Shown here in pieces: positions 1 to 10,065 of a stretch of 64,000 nucleotides of DNA. The DNA comes from a virus. Its lineage: Duplodnaviria > Caudoviricetes. The position numbers were made by a program, and so were the translations under genes. Numbering within the stretch: position 1 is the first letter of the stretch; every line of letters begins with the position of its first letter. The notes beneath the pieces are model-generated. The model did no database searches. It worked only from the letters and a program-made list of their open reading frames with translations, and had not been told where the DNA came from. Location: the IMG/VR virus record IMGVR_UViG_3300033066_000802, positions 64,001-128,000 of that record. One strand, written 5' to 3'.

Positions 1-380
1 ATAAAGGTTGTATTCGGGTCAATTTTACCCGATAAGTTATATAAGGTACAAAGTGTCGGTTCAAACACATCAGCCGTAGAACCACTGAAGAAACCCCTCG
101 TTTTAGCACTGGCATGTACAACTTGCGGAAATGATGTTATCTGAGTAATTGGTTGCCTAAATGTAGTGCCATTACTCGGTACTGGTGATAATATATCGTG
201 ATTATTATCAACAGGTCTTAATATATTAGTTAATGGGACATTATCAGATGTGTAATCCATCTCACCGTCACCCAAACTGAAAGTTGAAAAGTTCAGTCCA
301 CCTGAACTTAAATTTCTCCTACCAGTATCAGTTAACTTAAGGTTAACCAACGGATTATTCTTTTTTATAATATAACTCAT
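1..380 (-). CDS. Virion structural protein (baseplate/tail-fibre attachment type), runs off the window edge
   Basis: Not in ORF track. ATG at 380, open to position 1: MSYIIKKNNPLVNLKLTDTGRRNLSSGGLNFSTFSLGDGEMDY...; the LTxxGR...FxLGDxExDY N-terminus resembles phage baseplate/collar proteins; TATTTAT motif upstream (393-399). Confidence 0.65.
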   Translation of the reverse strand, partial: MSYIIKKNNPLVNLKLTDTGRRNLSSGGLNFSTFSLGDGEMDYTSDNVPLTNILRPVDNNHDILSPVPSNGTTFRQPITQITSFPQVVHASAKTRGFFSGSTADVFEPTLCTLYNLSGKIDPNTTF

Positions 381-402
381 ATTCTCTTTTTAATAAATAT
401 TC

Positions 403-3400
403 TTATTGTGTATTATTTTCAGCGCTTACGTTAATAACATTTCTAATTTGATACTGATTTGTATTAATACCTGTAGCCCCCTTAACTGAGAAATTAACTA
501 ATCTATTCTGCGTTATGTTAGAAAGAACAACTTTTCTGGTTTCTATCGAACCAACCCTACTAACCGTTGACGTTACAAATGTATTTGATATACCGTTATT
601 TATAGTATCATATAATAATGTTGTATCAAGATATGCTGTATCATATGTCGTATGATTATTTGTTGTATCATATGTATATGTTATGGTTAATGTGGCATTT
701 GGTTGTATACTTAATGTTGTATCAAACACCGAATTACTATTAACCGTCTTATTCCCGTTTAATTCCCCTGTATTGGTTGACCAGTTAACATCAACGGTTG
801 ATGCACCATATTGATTAACAACCAATCTCACATTATATGTACTCGCATTTAATACAGCTGTTTGTGTTGTATTTGCATAATATGCTGGACTAATTAAATC
901 AATTTTCGACATATCTGTGTTGAATAGTATACCAAATATTATCGAAGCACTATGCCCACAAGGATCACTTATATTTAACTTACCTATAAATTCACCCGTT
1001 TTAGGGAATCCTACAAAATCTTTATCGTAGTAATAATCCAATATTATGTTATTACCTGATAACCTATATGCCACAGAACCGTATTGATTTACGTCACCCA
1101 ACGTATCATCTTTAACGTCATAATACTTATCCAAACCACTTTTTAATTTTCCATCGATACTACTATTCACAACACCACCAATCGTTGTACCACTAAAATC
1201 CTTACTGGTAAAACCTGGTTTTAATAATAAATTATTCTTAAAGAAATATAAATCATTTTTTACCTCATCAGTTAAAGCATAATTATCAGACTCATAAACA
1301 GCCACTTTAGTTCTATCCTTTTTAAAATTAAATTTCTCAACCAAACAAAAATCCGATTTAGTCCATCCTGTAGGATTCTGGAATGGTAACAATGTTTGCA
1401 CACTCGCAACATTACTTATATAACCATACAAAACACCACGTGAAACAGCGTATTTATATATTTGATATAACGAATTTTGGTCATATGTTCTCTCAAGTGA
1501 GAAATCTCTCGGACAATTTACATTACCACCGTAGCATAACCATTCAAATATTGGCGAGTAGTTATTATCAAAATGATCTGATAAGAACATACCATAATTA
1601 AAAGTTGTATAAAAATTAACCACAGAATATGATGATGTTGCCATGTATCTATTAATACCGTAATAATATTTATTCGCCACACCACCTGTAGTATACCCCG
1701 TAATTAAATCATTCGTTACACTACCCCAATGTGTAGTTCCAACAGTACCACCATTCATCAAATATTGTTTTGTGCCACCTGTTGGAGAATATACTGGATC
1801 TAAGAACGATAAAACGCGTGGTGTATATGTCCTATAATATCCAAGAACATTTGTCACACCGTCAACAGAATAAGCGTCTATGTATGTTGAAAACGCACTT
1901 GCGGTTGTACCAGAAAAATAAAATGGACTACCTACTGACGCACCAGGTCTAACCAATGTTGTACCAAGTATCTCCCACCCTAATCTCTCACCAACACTGT
2001 TGCTTGGTATTAAGTTAGGTAATCTCACAGCAACATTACTATTCCTAACAATAGATGTATGCGGCGATGATGTATGAATAAAATCAAATATATTAGCTGC
2101 GGTATCTACTGTATCTACTGTTGCCCCATCTACTGTTGCCCCAGTTGATAACCTCGTCCACAAAAGATTTGTTTCTAATGGTGATGAGTTTGTTAACGGA
2201 TCTTTACGATAATGATTAGGTGCTGATGAATATGTTACCCTTAAATTCTTATAAAAATAACTATTATTAGATGAATCTGTACGTAACACAATATCATTTA
2301 ACCCCCAATATCTATTATTTTGAGAACCGATTGTGGTACCAGTAAAATATGGTATTGGTTTATTATATATAAACCTGAACACATCATTTTTATATGTGAT
2401 TAAATCCCCAAAGGATAAATTCAAAGTTGTACCAGTTTCATTATATTTAACAAATGTTTTATTAGTGTATGGGAAAATATTTGTTTGATTTATTTTATAA
2501 TGAAAAATTCTCTCATAACCCCAAGGACTAAAGTTTTTAGGATCATAACGTGTAATTTCCTCAAAACATGAACGAGAACCATTTGGTAAATAAACATCAT
2601 TTATCTGATAAGGTACCTCAGTTGTACCAGAAACTCTATAACAATGCTGTGGTGTTATATCTTCAACACACACATAAACCCTGTCAATATTAACAGTTTG
2701 AATACTATATGAACCATCCGAACCAACAACAACTTTCTTGTAATTACTAATGGTAAATTTAACCATATCATTAATATTATAATTTATAATATTTGGATTG
2801 AAGTATTCAACACTATCCAATATTTGTAAATATAATTCATTAGTATATACCTCATTTTCTAACTCATATGTAACACCACTTATAACTTTCCTTCTATTAC
2901 TGTATATATTTTGAGGTTCAGCAAAATTCAATTTAGTATAATCAAGTATTCCAGAATTATATGCTTGGAATAATTGTGGGTTCATAGTATTACCAGTTGA
3001 AATTATTTGCGCATTCTTTGATGATTTAGAAGCTGCATAATACATTGTATTATTAACAGAAATATTTCTTCTACCAACTCTTTTCCCAATAATAATATTA
3101 TTAGTAACTGACCCACGCTCATAGAATTCAGGTACATTACCAAGATAATATTCACTACCTATAACATTAACAGTAACTGGTTCACCATAAATACCCACAC
3201 CAGGGGTTGTACCATATGGTGGCTTTTTAGTGATAATGTTAAAATCAAATGAAACCTTATCATATTTAATATCTTTATCATATACAGCTCTCTCAGTATC
3301 GGTTAATGTTGGTTCATTTATGAATTTCTTATAATAATCAGCATACAATTTATTGAATATAAGTGCTGGATCTGTTGATTGATTATATGTTAACCTCGAT

Positions 3401-6400
3401 AAATTCGTAAAATAATGTTGTGTTTCTGGTAAATTATTACTTAAGATGTAATTGTCAACTGACACAATAGAGTCATCCACAGATGTACCTATTACAGCAT
3501 CATATTTACCAACTAACGGTGCTATTGATAAACCATATTCTATATCCGTACCATGTTCCACTCTTCTACCTGTATTAAAGAACACTCTAAACCTACCATC
3601 TTCTGTTGGCGCATAAGCATCTCTTTCAGGTTCATTATAAACGTAATCAATAGTTTCATATCTTGATAATGTACAACCATTATCAATTGGTTCTACAACC
3701 AAATATACTTTTTGATTAGCGCTAAATGATGATTCGTATTGGTAATTAAACATACGATCCTCTGGATTATCATTACCTGAGAAAGTAAACTCCTGTTCAT
3801 TAAACACAAACCCAGCTCCGTCAACTAATCTAACTTTAATTGTTTGTGGTGCGGTTAAAGTTGATTCAAAAAATAAAATCATCTCAAACTTCAGATACGA
3901 ATTTGCTTTAACTAAATAATACCCTGGGTTACTCACTTTTAACGCAACACTTGTGGAATCCGCACTAAAATTAGTATTTAATGATTGTATTGATACATAA
4001 TTTGCTTTATTTGGTATCAATTCTAATGTTTCATCTAAAGTCTGTATTAACGCTTCACTATCTTTTGGTACATAAAAAGGACCTACATTAGCTTCATTTA
4101 CAGGGTAAAACCCATCAAAATTAAAGGTGAAGCTATCACTAATATATAAATTATTATTTAATATAGTATCATCAGCAACATATGTTGTTGATGGTGTAGA
4201 TCCAGAAAAAACATATTTTAAATTAAATACCTTACTTAAGTTTATCGAATAAAAATTCTTAGTTGGGTCAAGATTAATTGTTGTTATATATGCTGGGTCA
4301 ACATGCATCAATGGATCTGTCTTAGTTCTACCTGAGTAATTTTCAAACATATCACCTTGTAAATCAGTGCTAATTGTTGCACCTGTTGGTATCGCTGTTG
4401 TACCTGTAACAGTGGCACCAGTAATTAAATATGTTACACTTGGTGTTGATAAAAATTCGACAACATCCCCACTGTAATAAGTGACACCCGTTGTCCATAA
4501 TTTTCTCTTCTTATATGGTACAGCCCACGCACCGTTACTACCAAAGACATAATTATCTGGTTCGGTTGATGATATATTTTTGGAAAAACCGTAATATCTT
4601 GGTTGTCTAATTATTCTGGTTGTACCATCTTCATCAATATATGAAGATATTGTTGGATAAACACTACTTGTCGAAGAATCGAATGTTGATAAATCTATCG
4701 TTCTACCTGAAAAATCATAAAAACACACGTGAGGTGGTGGTGGTGGACAATCAAAACGAATACCCAGATCAATATAAGCAAAACCCATACCAATTGATTT
4801 CATAATATATTCCCTTTCTATATTATTTGGTAATGGGTTATTAACACCATCACAATCAGGGAAGGTAATTGTTTTACTATCAGCATATCTTGGTATGTAT
4901 GTATATAATGCCGTACCACTATATGTTAAATCTATCGCACCCGTTGAAACATGTTCATATATAAAACCAGCATCAACAGGATGCTGCATATATGTGGAAC
5001 CAGAAATAACAATATCTGTAAGCGGTTTAATATCAGCAACAGTACTAAAGAACGTTGGGCTAAAACCAGCTGTTACACCATCTTGCATTGTTGTTAATGC
5101 TGCTACCGTATTTAACCTATATAATTCATTTTCATATATAACAAATACACCAAAACGTCTAAGTTTTGTATGATCTGAATTATTATATAGTAAACTCGTT
5201 GGTTCTGTCGCACCAGTTGGGCTTATTATATTACCACTATACCCAGTTACTGTATAATCGGTGTCTACCACCCAAGTATTTAAGCTATAGTCTTTATAAC
5301 AAAACTCAGCATTTGAATAATGCACACCAAAATACTCATTAATTGTTGGGTCTATACCACTGGCTTTATTACCTGGTTTACCACTGATCTCAAACGTAAT
5401 TGGGTTACCTTGAACAGACTGCTTATTCACACCAACATTTGTTGCACCATTAGTTTGACCCTGGTATGTTGGTTTTTTGGCTGTTGTTTGATATTCCGAA
5501 CCTTCAGTACCTAACCAACTAACATCATTATTTAAACCATGTTTATAAACATATTTATTTTCAAGAAACGAATTATTTTTAATTTTCTTACCAGCGTTTA
5601 TAATAGCAGTTGCTGGTGTAAATTGTTTAATTAACTTAACCCAATATGTATCAAATAAACCTAAAAATTCTAAAGCTTTAGAGTCAGAAACATAATCATT
5701 ACTTAATCTAAGAAAATCATAATATATTTTTGTTAATGTTGGGTATGTAATAATAGTTTTTCTCGACTCCACACCAATGTAATTAGATATAACATCCCTC
5801 ATAAATTGATTAAATGTTATACTATTTGGTTTAATAGTTGTTGTATAATTAGAATCGAGATTTGTATCAATATCAATATTATTAGACGCAAAATATTTAT
5901 AAACCGTATGATCTATAATTTTGTCTGAAGAAATGTAAACCTCAAGATCCTTCGTATTAATAACCAACCTTGAGTCTTTTTCATAATAATACGTTGGGCG
6001 TGAATCGCTACCATTTTCTCTATAATGCGGTTCAGTATCATATACCCAAGATTTCTGATTATCCATAACCCTGTATAAATCAAAACCCCTCACCCCATTG
6101 AAATTCTTAAACGCATCAATGTATCTCTTACCAAAATCATAAGGGCCTATGTTATTATTGTTTTCAGTCAGATAACCACCATTTTCTTGATAAATAACAT
6201 TTGAAGGTATTGTTGGGTATCCTTTTTCATCAAACGGATAAACACCCAATAATGCCACAGGATCTATAACATTAGATGTTTTATATATCTTATTTAACTT
6301 ATCAATTGTATTAATAGGGTTAGAAGCGAGATAAACATATTCGTTTATTTCTATTATATAATCGGGTACACCAACTAATTTTAAAATAAAATCAATTGAT

Positions 6401-7983
6401 TTCCTGGTACCTTTATTCTTAAATAAATAAAATGCATTAATAGCTATTCTTCTCCATAGCTCAATATCGAGTTCAGCTGGTGTAATATTATCACTAACTT
6501 TTACATCTTTAAAATTAAATAATGATTGTATAATAGTTTCCTGATCCTCAATTTCATATGTTTCAAGTCCAAGAGTATGCGCAAAATTCTTAACCAGAAC
6601 ATCAGGTATATTTTCAATTTTATCATATGATAAATTTGTCATATACGATAATCCATCAACATATTTTTTAACCTCATCGAAATATCTGCCGTATAAATCA
6701 AGTATTATACCAGCTTTTTTATCTTCGGTATCAAACTCCTTTAACGAGTCTGTTGTTAAGAACCTACTAATTAAATTAGTTTTATACGAATCATAATCAT
6801 CCGTAATTGTATTTAATTGTGTTAAAAAATTATCAAATGTACTATCAAATAAATTGATGTTCACCTCATCAAGTACTGGGAAGAACAATGCTTGTTTAGT
6901 CATTGTCACATTACCATTATCATCAAATATCGGTGTTACAAATTCAGATTTGTAACCCTTAATTTCTGTATCATAATTTAGTAAAAATTTACTGAGTTCG
7001 CTTAATGAATCATTAAATTCACTATATTTTTCTTTTTTAGGTTTAATATAAAATAATACGTTAGCTTCACCCGCTAAATTCAATTTATCTAAGAATGGTT
7101 TACCAGATGTTGTTATCACCAAACCAGTTGTAACGTCCTGAATAGTTTGCGGTAATGTTACGCTCAGTATAGGATATTCTATACCATTATAATATATTAC
7201 ATAATCAGTATATGTTTTAGCAAAATTCCTTAATGGAGATAATGTTGGGTCATCCTCTAAATTCTCCGCACTACTTGTAAAATTAATATCAAATGGGTTA
7301 AATAAATTTGATATATTAACTTTGAACTTACATTTATCCTCTGGGTAGTTAACTATATTAACTATTGATGGGTTAAGTATTGAAATAGGCGATGCTTTTA
7401 TACCACCTGGGTAACCTTTAGTTATCTCAATAATACAATTCTTCATTCTCTCTTTTAAAGAAGAGAACAAAACATAATTTTCCAACTTAGTTTTATCATA
7501 TAATAACGTAGCTGTTAAACTTTTCTGAACCTTCCCGTTAATATATTCTATAAGTTGAGATGTGTTTAAATTAGCTGAAGTTTGAATTGACTCAGTTGTG
7601 TACCTGGCGGTTGGGTCTGGTTGTGTTATTAATATATTATTGGTATTTTTACCAATAACACTTTTACTTATACTAAAATTACCCAAAGTAAAAAACGGAT
7701 CACCACCCTCTACCTCAGATTTGGCGTTAGCAAATTGTAAACCGACTAATTTATCACCAAATACATCACTACCGAATGCCGCTAATTTACCTTGTTGAAT
7801 ATAATACCTTAAAACCCTCTCATATTCAATATATGTTGCACACGGCACATACTTTGTTGCACCATTAATCACATATGTACGATAACCTGAACAACCAAGC
7901 TCTTTTGATCGAGCAATTGCTTCATTCGCAGTATCAAATAAATCACCCAATATCGGTGTACTACTAAAACTTAAATCAGCCAT
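403..7983 (-). CDS. Giant (2526 aa) baseplate wedge / tail protein (P2 gpI / T4 gp7-like N-terminal region, long beta-rich C-terminal region)
   Basis: Segment IENIPDVLVKNFAHTLG...ELWRRIAINAFYLFKNKGTRKSIDFILKLVG resembles the gpI/gp7 wedge KGT motif; lies downstream of gp25 and gp6/J genes. Confidence 0.7.
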   Translation of the reverse strand: MADLSFSSTPILGDLFDTANEAIARSKELGCSGYRTYVINGATKYVPCATYIEYERVLRYYIQQGKLAAFGSDVFGDKLVGLQFANAKSEVEGGDPFFTLGNFSISKSVIGKNTNNILITQPDPTARYTTESIQTSANLNTSQLIEYINGKVQKSLTATLLYDKTKLENYVLFSSLKERMKNCIIEITKGYPGGIKASPISILNPSIVNIVNYPEDKCKFKVNISNLFNPFDINFTSSAENLEDDPTLSPLRNFAKTYTDYVIYYNGIEYPILSVTLPQTIQDVTTGLVITTSGKPFLDKLNLAGEANVLFYIKPKKEKYSEFNDSLSELSKFLLNYDTEIKGYKSEFVTPIFDDNGNVTMTKQALFFPVLDEVNINLFDSTFDNFLTQLNTITDDYDSYKTNLISRFLTTDSLKEFDTEDKKAGIILDLYGRYFDEVKKYVDGLSYMTNLSYDKIENIPDVLVKNFAHTLGLETYEIEDQETIIQSLFNFKDVKVSDNITPAELDIELWRRIAINAFYLFKNKGTRKSIDFILKLVGVPDYIIEINEYVYLASNPINTIDKLNKIYKTSNVIDPVALLGVYPFDEKGYPTIPSNVIYQENGGYLTENNNNIGPYDFGKRYIDAFKNFNGVRGFDLYRVMDNQKSWVYDTEPHYRENGSDSRPTYYYEKDSRLVINTKDLEVYISSDKIIDHTVYKYFASNNIDIDTNLDSNYTTTIKPNSITFNQFMRDVISNYIGVESRKTIITYPTLTKIYYDFLRLSNDYVSDSKALEFLGLFDTYWVKLIKQFTPATAIINAGKKIKNNSFLENKYVYKHGLNNDVSWLGTEGSEYQTTAKKPTYQGQTNGATNVGVNKQSVQGNPITFEISGKPGNKASGIDPTINEYFGVHYSNAEFCYKDYSLNTWVVDTDYTVTGYSGNIISPTGATEPTSLLYNNSDHTKLRRFGVFVIYENELYRLNTVAALTTMQDGVTAGFSPTFFSTVADIKPLTDIVISGSTYMQHPVDAGFIYEHVSTGAIDLTYSGTALYTYIPRYADSKTITFPDCDGVNNPLPNNIEREYIMKSIGMGFAYIDLGIRFDCPPPPPHVCFYDFSGRTIDLSTFDSSTSSVYPTISSYIDEDGTTRIIRQPRYYGFSKNISSTEPDNYVFGSNGAWAVPYKKRKLWTTGVTYYSGDVVEFLSTPSVTYLITGATVTGTTAIPTGATISTDLQGDMFENYSGRTKTDPLMHVDPAYITTINLDPTKNFYSINLSKVFNLKYVFSGSTPSTTYVADDTILNNNLYISDSFTFNFDGFYPVNEANVGPFYVPKDSEALIQTLDETLELIPNKANYVSIQSLNTNFSADSTSVALKVSNPGYYLVKANSYLKFEMILFFESTLTAPQTIKVRLVDGAGFVFNEQEFTFSGNDNPEDRMFNYQYESSFSANQKVYLVVEPIDNGCTLSRYETIDYVYNEPERDAYAPTEDGRFRVFFNTGRRVEHGTDIEYGLSIAPLVGKYDAVIGTSVDDSIVSVDNYILSNNLPETQHYFTNLSRLTYNQSTDPALIFNKLYADYYKKFINEPTLTDTERAVYDKDIKYDKVSFDFNIITKKPPYGTTPGVGIYGEPVTVNVIGSEYYLGNVPEFYERGSVTNNIIIGKRVGRRNISVNNTMYYAASKSSKNAQIISTGNTMNPQLFQAYNSGILDYTKLNFAEPQNIYSNRRKVISGVTYELENEVYTNELYLQILDSVEYFNPNIINYNINDMVKFTISNYKKVVVGSDGSYSIQTVNIDRVYVCVEDITPQHCYRVSGTTEVPYQINDVYLPNGSRSCFEEITRYDPKNFSPWGYERIFHYKINQTNIFPYTNKTFVKYNETGTTLNLSFGDLITYKNDVFRFIYNKPIPYFTGTTIGSQNNRYWGLNDIVLRTDSSNNSYFYKNLRVTYSSAPNHYRKDPLTNSSPLETNLLWTRLSTGATVDGATVDTVDTAANIFDFIHTSSPHTSIVRNSNVAVRLPNLIPSNSVGERLGWEILGTTLVRPGASVGSPFYFSGTTASAFSTYIDAYSVDGVTNVLGYYRTYTPRVLSFLDPVYSPTGGTKQYLMNGGTVGTTHWGSVTNDLITGYTTGGVANKYYYGINRYMATSSYSVVNFYTTFNYGMFLSDHFDNNYSPIFEWLCYGGNVNCPRDFSLERTYDQNSLYQIYKYAVSRGVLYGYISNVASVQTLLPFQNPTGWTKSDFCLVEKFNFKKDRTKVAVYESDNYALTDEVKNDLYFFKNNLLLKPGFTSKDFSGTTIGGVVNSSIDGKLKSGLDKYYDVKDDTLGDVNQYGSVAYRLSGNNIILDYYYDKDFVGFPKTGEFIGKLNISDPCGHSASIIFGILFNTDMSKIDLISPAYYANTTQTAVLNASTYNVRLVVNQYGASTVDVNWSTNTGELNGNKTVNSNSVFDTTLSIQPNATLTITYTYDTTNNHTTYDTAYLDTTLLYDTINNGISNTFVTSTVSRVGSIETRKVVLSNITQNRLVNFSVKGATGINTNQYQIRNVINVSAENNTQ
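2102..2142. repeat. Short in-frame tandem duplications (9 bp and 15 bp units) encoding GATVD-GATVD-TVD-T
   Basis: gtatctact x2 (2102-2119) and atctactgttgcccc x2 (2113-2142) read directly. Confidence 0.8.
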
Positions 7984-8882
7984 TATTGTACTATATTTGT
8001 AAAGGCTTTAGACGTATCAATATTTGTTCTTTTACGCCTCACCTCATATAATTTATTATTCAAACCATCCCTTATTTCAAATAAATCGTATTGAGCATAA
8101 ATATTATTATTTTCATCATACAAGGTATAGATGCCGTCATCTATAGATTTTATTTGATTACCATATAGCGCTACAGCTAATGATTGCACATCATAATTCA
8201 CCATTTCAACTTCCAAAATCTCTGGTGTGAAATTTGTATTAGTTATAATTACATTCTGATCCTTTCTACCGATAAAAGGTGTTGCTGTTGGTTTAAAACT
8301 TGGTGCTGAATTAGGTGTTACTGTACAAAATAACATATTACCCACGTTATTATAAACATATTTAATACTCTTTTGTGAACTATTAGGCGTGTTAACCTGA
8401 ACAGGTTCAGCAATAAAAGATGATGTAATAATCCTATACAAATTTCTCTGTTTAGTACCATCATTATTTAAATATTCAATACGATAACCATCTAACCCAT
8501 TATTAGTAAACTTACTAATAAATCCAGGTGGTACCGTATCACGATTAAACACCAACCCATAAATGTCTGGGAAAGTAGCCAATTGTGCGCAATCCTCGAT
8601 TTTAACCCTAATTTGCGCTGGTCTAATATAAATAGTATAAAAACCTTTAGCTTTGAATGTTGAAACTGGAAGTGTTAAATTATATAACCCACCCAAAACT
8701 TCAACAGCCGTACCACCCAAATTAGCATTACTCATAACTGGTTTTATAACCTCAGTACCTGCAAATTTCGTAATTACCTGATTTTCGGTAGCATTTCTGG
8801 TTGCCGTATAAATTACGATAACCTCAATATCTATCGGATCAACATCCGCAGGTCTTTTTACACCATATACTCCTATTGACAT
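7983..8882 (-). CDS. Putative virion structural (baseplate) protein
   Basis: 299-aa ORF whose stop overlaps the next start within the baseplate operon; beta-rich; no recognised motif. Confidence 0.55.
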   Translation of the reverse strand: MSIGVYGVKRPADVDPIDIEVIVIYTATRNATENQVITKFAGTEVIKPVMSNANLGGTAVEVLGGLYNLTLPVSTFKAKGFYTIYIRPAQIRVKIEDCAQLATFPDIYGLVFNRDTVPPGFISKFTNNGLDGYRIEYLNNDGTKQRNLYRIITSSFIAEPVQVNTPNSSQKSIKYVYNNVGNMLFCTVTPNSAPSFKPTATPFIGRKDQNVIITNTNFTPEILEVEMVNYDVQSLAVALYGNQIKSIDDGIYTLYDENNNIYAQYDLFEIRDGLNNKLYEVRRKRTNIDTSKAFTNIVQ

Positions 8883-8901
8883 AATTTTAAATTTTAAATT
8901 T

Positions 8902-10059
8902 TTATTGCGTGTTCTTAAAATTAAAGCCTTTGGTATTCATTTTATAATAACCAAGACCAATTTTAACTAATTCATTCAAGGTGCTAACATTTTTTAATCT
9001 TTTTACAGGTTCAAACGCATTATTTACACCCCTATCAATAAATACTTCATTAAGAATTTTAGGTTCCTCAACTAACCCTGGATACAAAATAATATTTGCT
9101 TTGTTAGTTTCCACATCAGATGATCGCCTATACATAAATTTAGTTCTTCCATCAGGAAAATCAATATACTTTATGGGATAATCAGTACCAACATATAACA
9201 CATATTCCTTATAGGTTCCAATATTTAAAATCATTCCGTAAATATCTGTTCCATGAAGTAATATTTTTTTATGTGTTTTATAGGTATCATCAATTTCATG
9301 TTTTATAATATTTTCATATTTTCCAGCACTAATAACACTCTCATTTGCAACAGATGCTGATACAGAACCAAATCTATTTACTGATATTGAAGAACCACCA
9401 GAAATTGACCCCACATTGTTAGGTACAATCAATCTATCAATACTGTTCGCTGAAATGGGCGCATTAGCCATACTACTTCTCTCAACCTGATTTGCTAAAG
9501 TATTGTCATAATTACCTACTTTACTAACCACTTTACTATCAGAATACCCAAAATCAACAAATGAGGTAATTAAATCATTATATTTGCTGGTTGTATAACC
9601 TGTAACATAATAAAATAATTTCGCATCAAAATAATTTTTAATATATTCATATGTATCTTTTGGGGGTATAACCACAATGTTATCAACAATTGAAAGTGCG
9701 TTTACAGGTATTGATTGAATCTCCGTTGATGCTACCGCAGCACCATTGAAGATATTTTTACTATAATTTATAATTCTACGATTAGTAACCGATGGTACCG
9801 ATACCACATTACTTGGTTCTGAAGACACCAATGCTGTTAAATTTGTTGTGGTTGATGCACTTTGAAGTGCGGTTTGGTTAAACCTATTTAAAATCTGCGA
9901 TGATGTTGAACCGATAGCATTATTTAATTGTGTACTTAATAATTTTTCTAACCTATCAATAGCGCCTTGCTTTGCATCAACATACGATCCCGTTATCGAA
10001 ACATTCGATTGTAAATTTACTAAAATACTGTAATCGTTATCGTTTATTAGAATTCGCAT
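8902..10059 (-). CDS. Hypothetical protein, probably structural
   Basis: 385-aa ORF in baseplate operon; S/T/N-rich; C-terminal EPKILNEVFIDRG segment. Confidence 0.5.
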   Translation of the reverse strand: MRILINDNDYSILVNLQSNVSITGSYVDAKQGAIDRLEKLLSTQLNNAIGSTSSQILNRFNQTALQSASTTTNLTALVSSEPSNVVSVPSVTNRRIINYSKNIFNGAAVASTEIQSIPVNALSIVDNIVVIPPKDTYEYIKNYFDAKLFYYVTGYTTSKYNDLITSFVDFGYSDSKVVSKVGNYDNTLANQVERSSMANAPISANSIDRLIVPNNVGSISGGSSISVNRFGSVSASVANESVISAGKYENIIKHEIDDTYKTHKKILLHGTDIYGMILNIGTYKEYVLYVGTDYPIKYIDFPDGRTKFMYRRSSDVETNKANIILYPGLVEEPKILNEVFIDRGVNNAFEPVKRLKNVSTLNELVKIGLGYYKMNTKGFNFKNTQ

Positions 10060-10065
10060 TTATAT

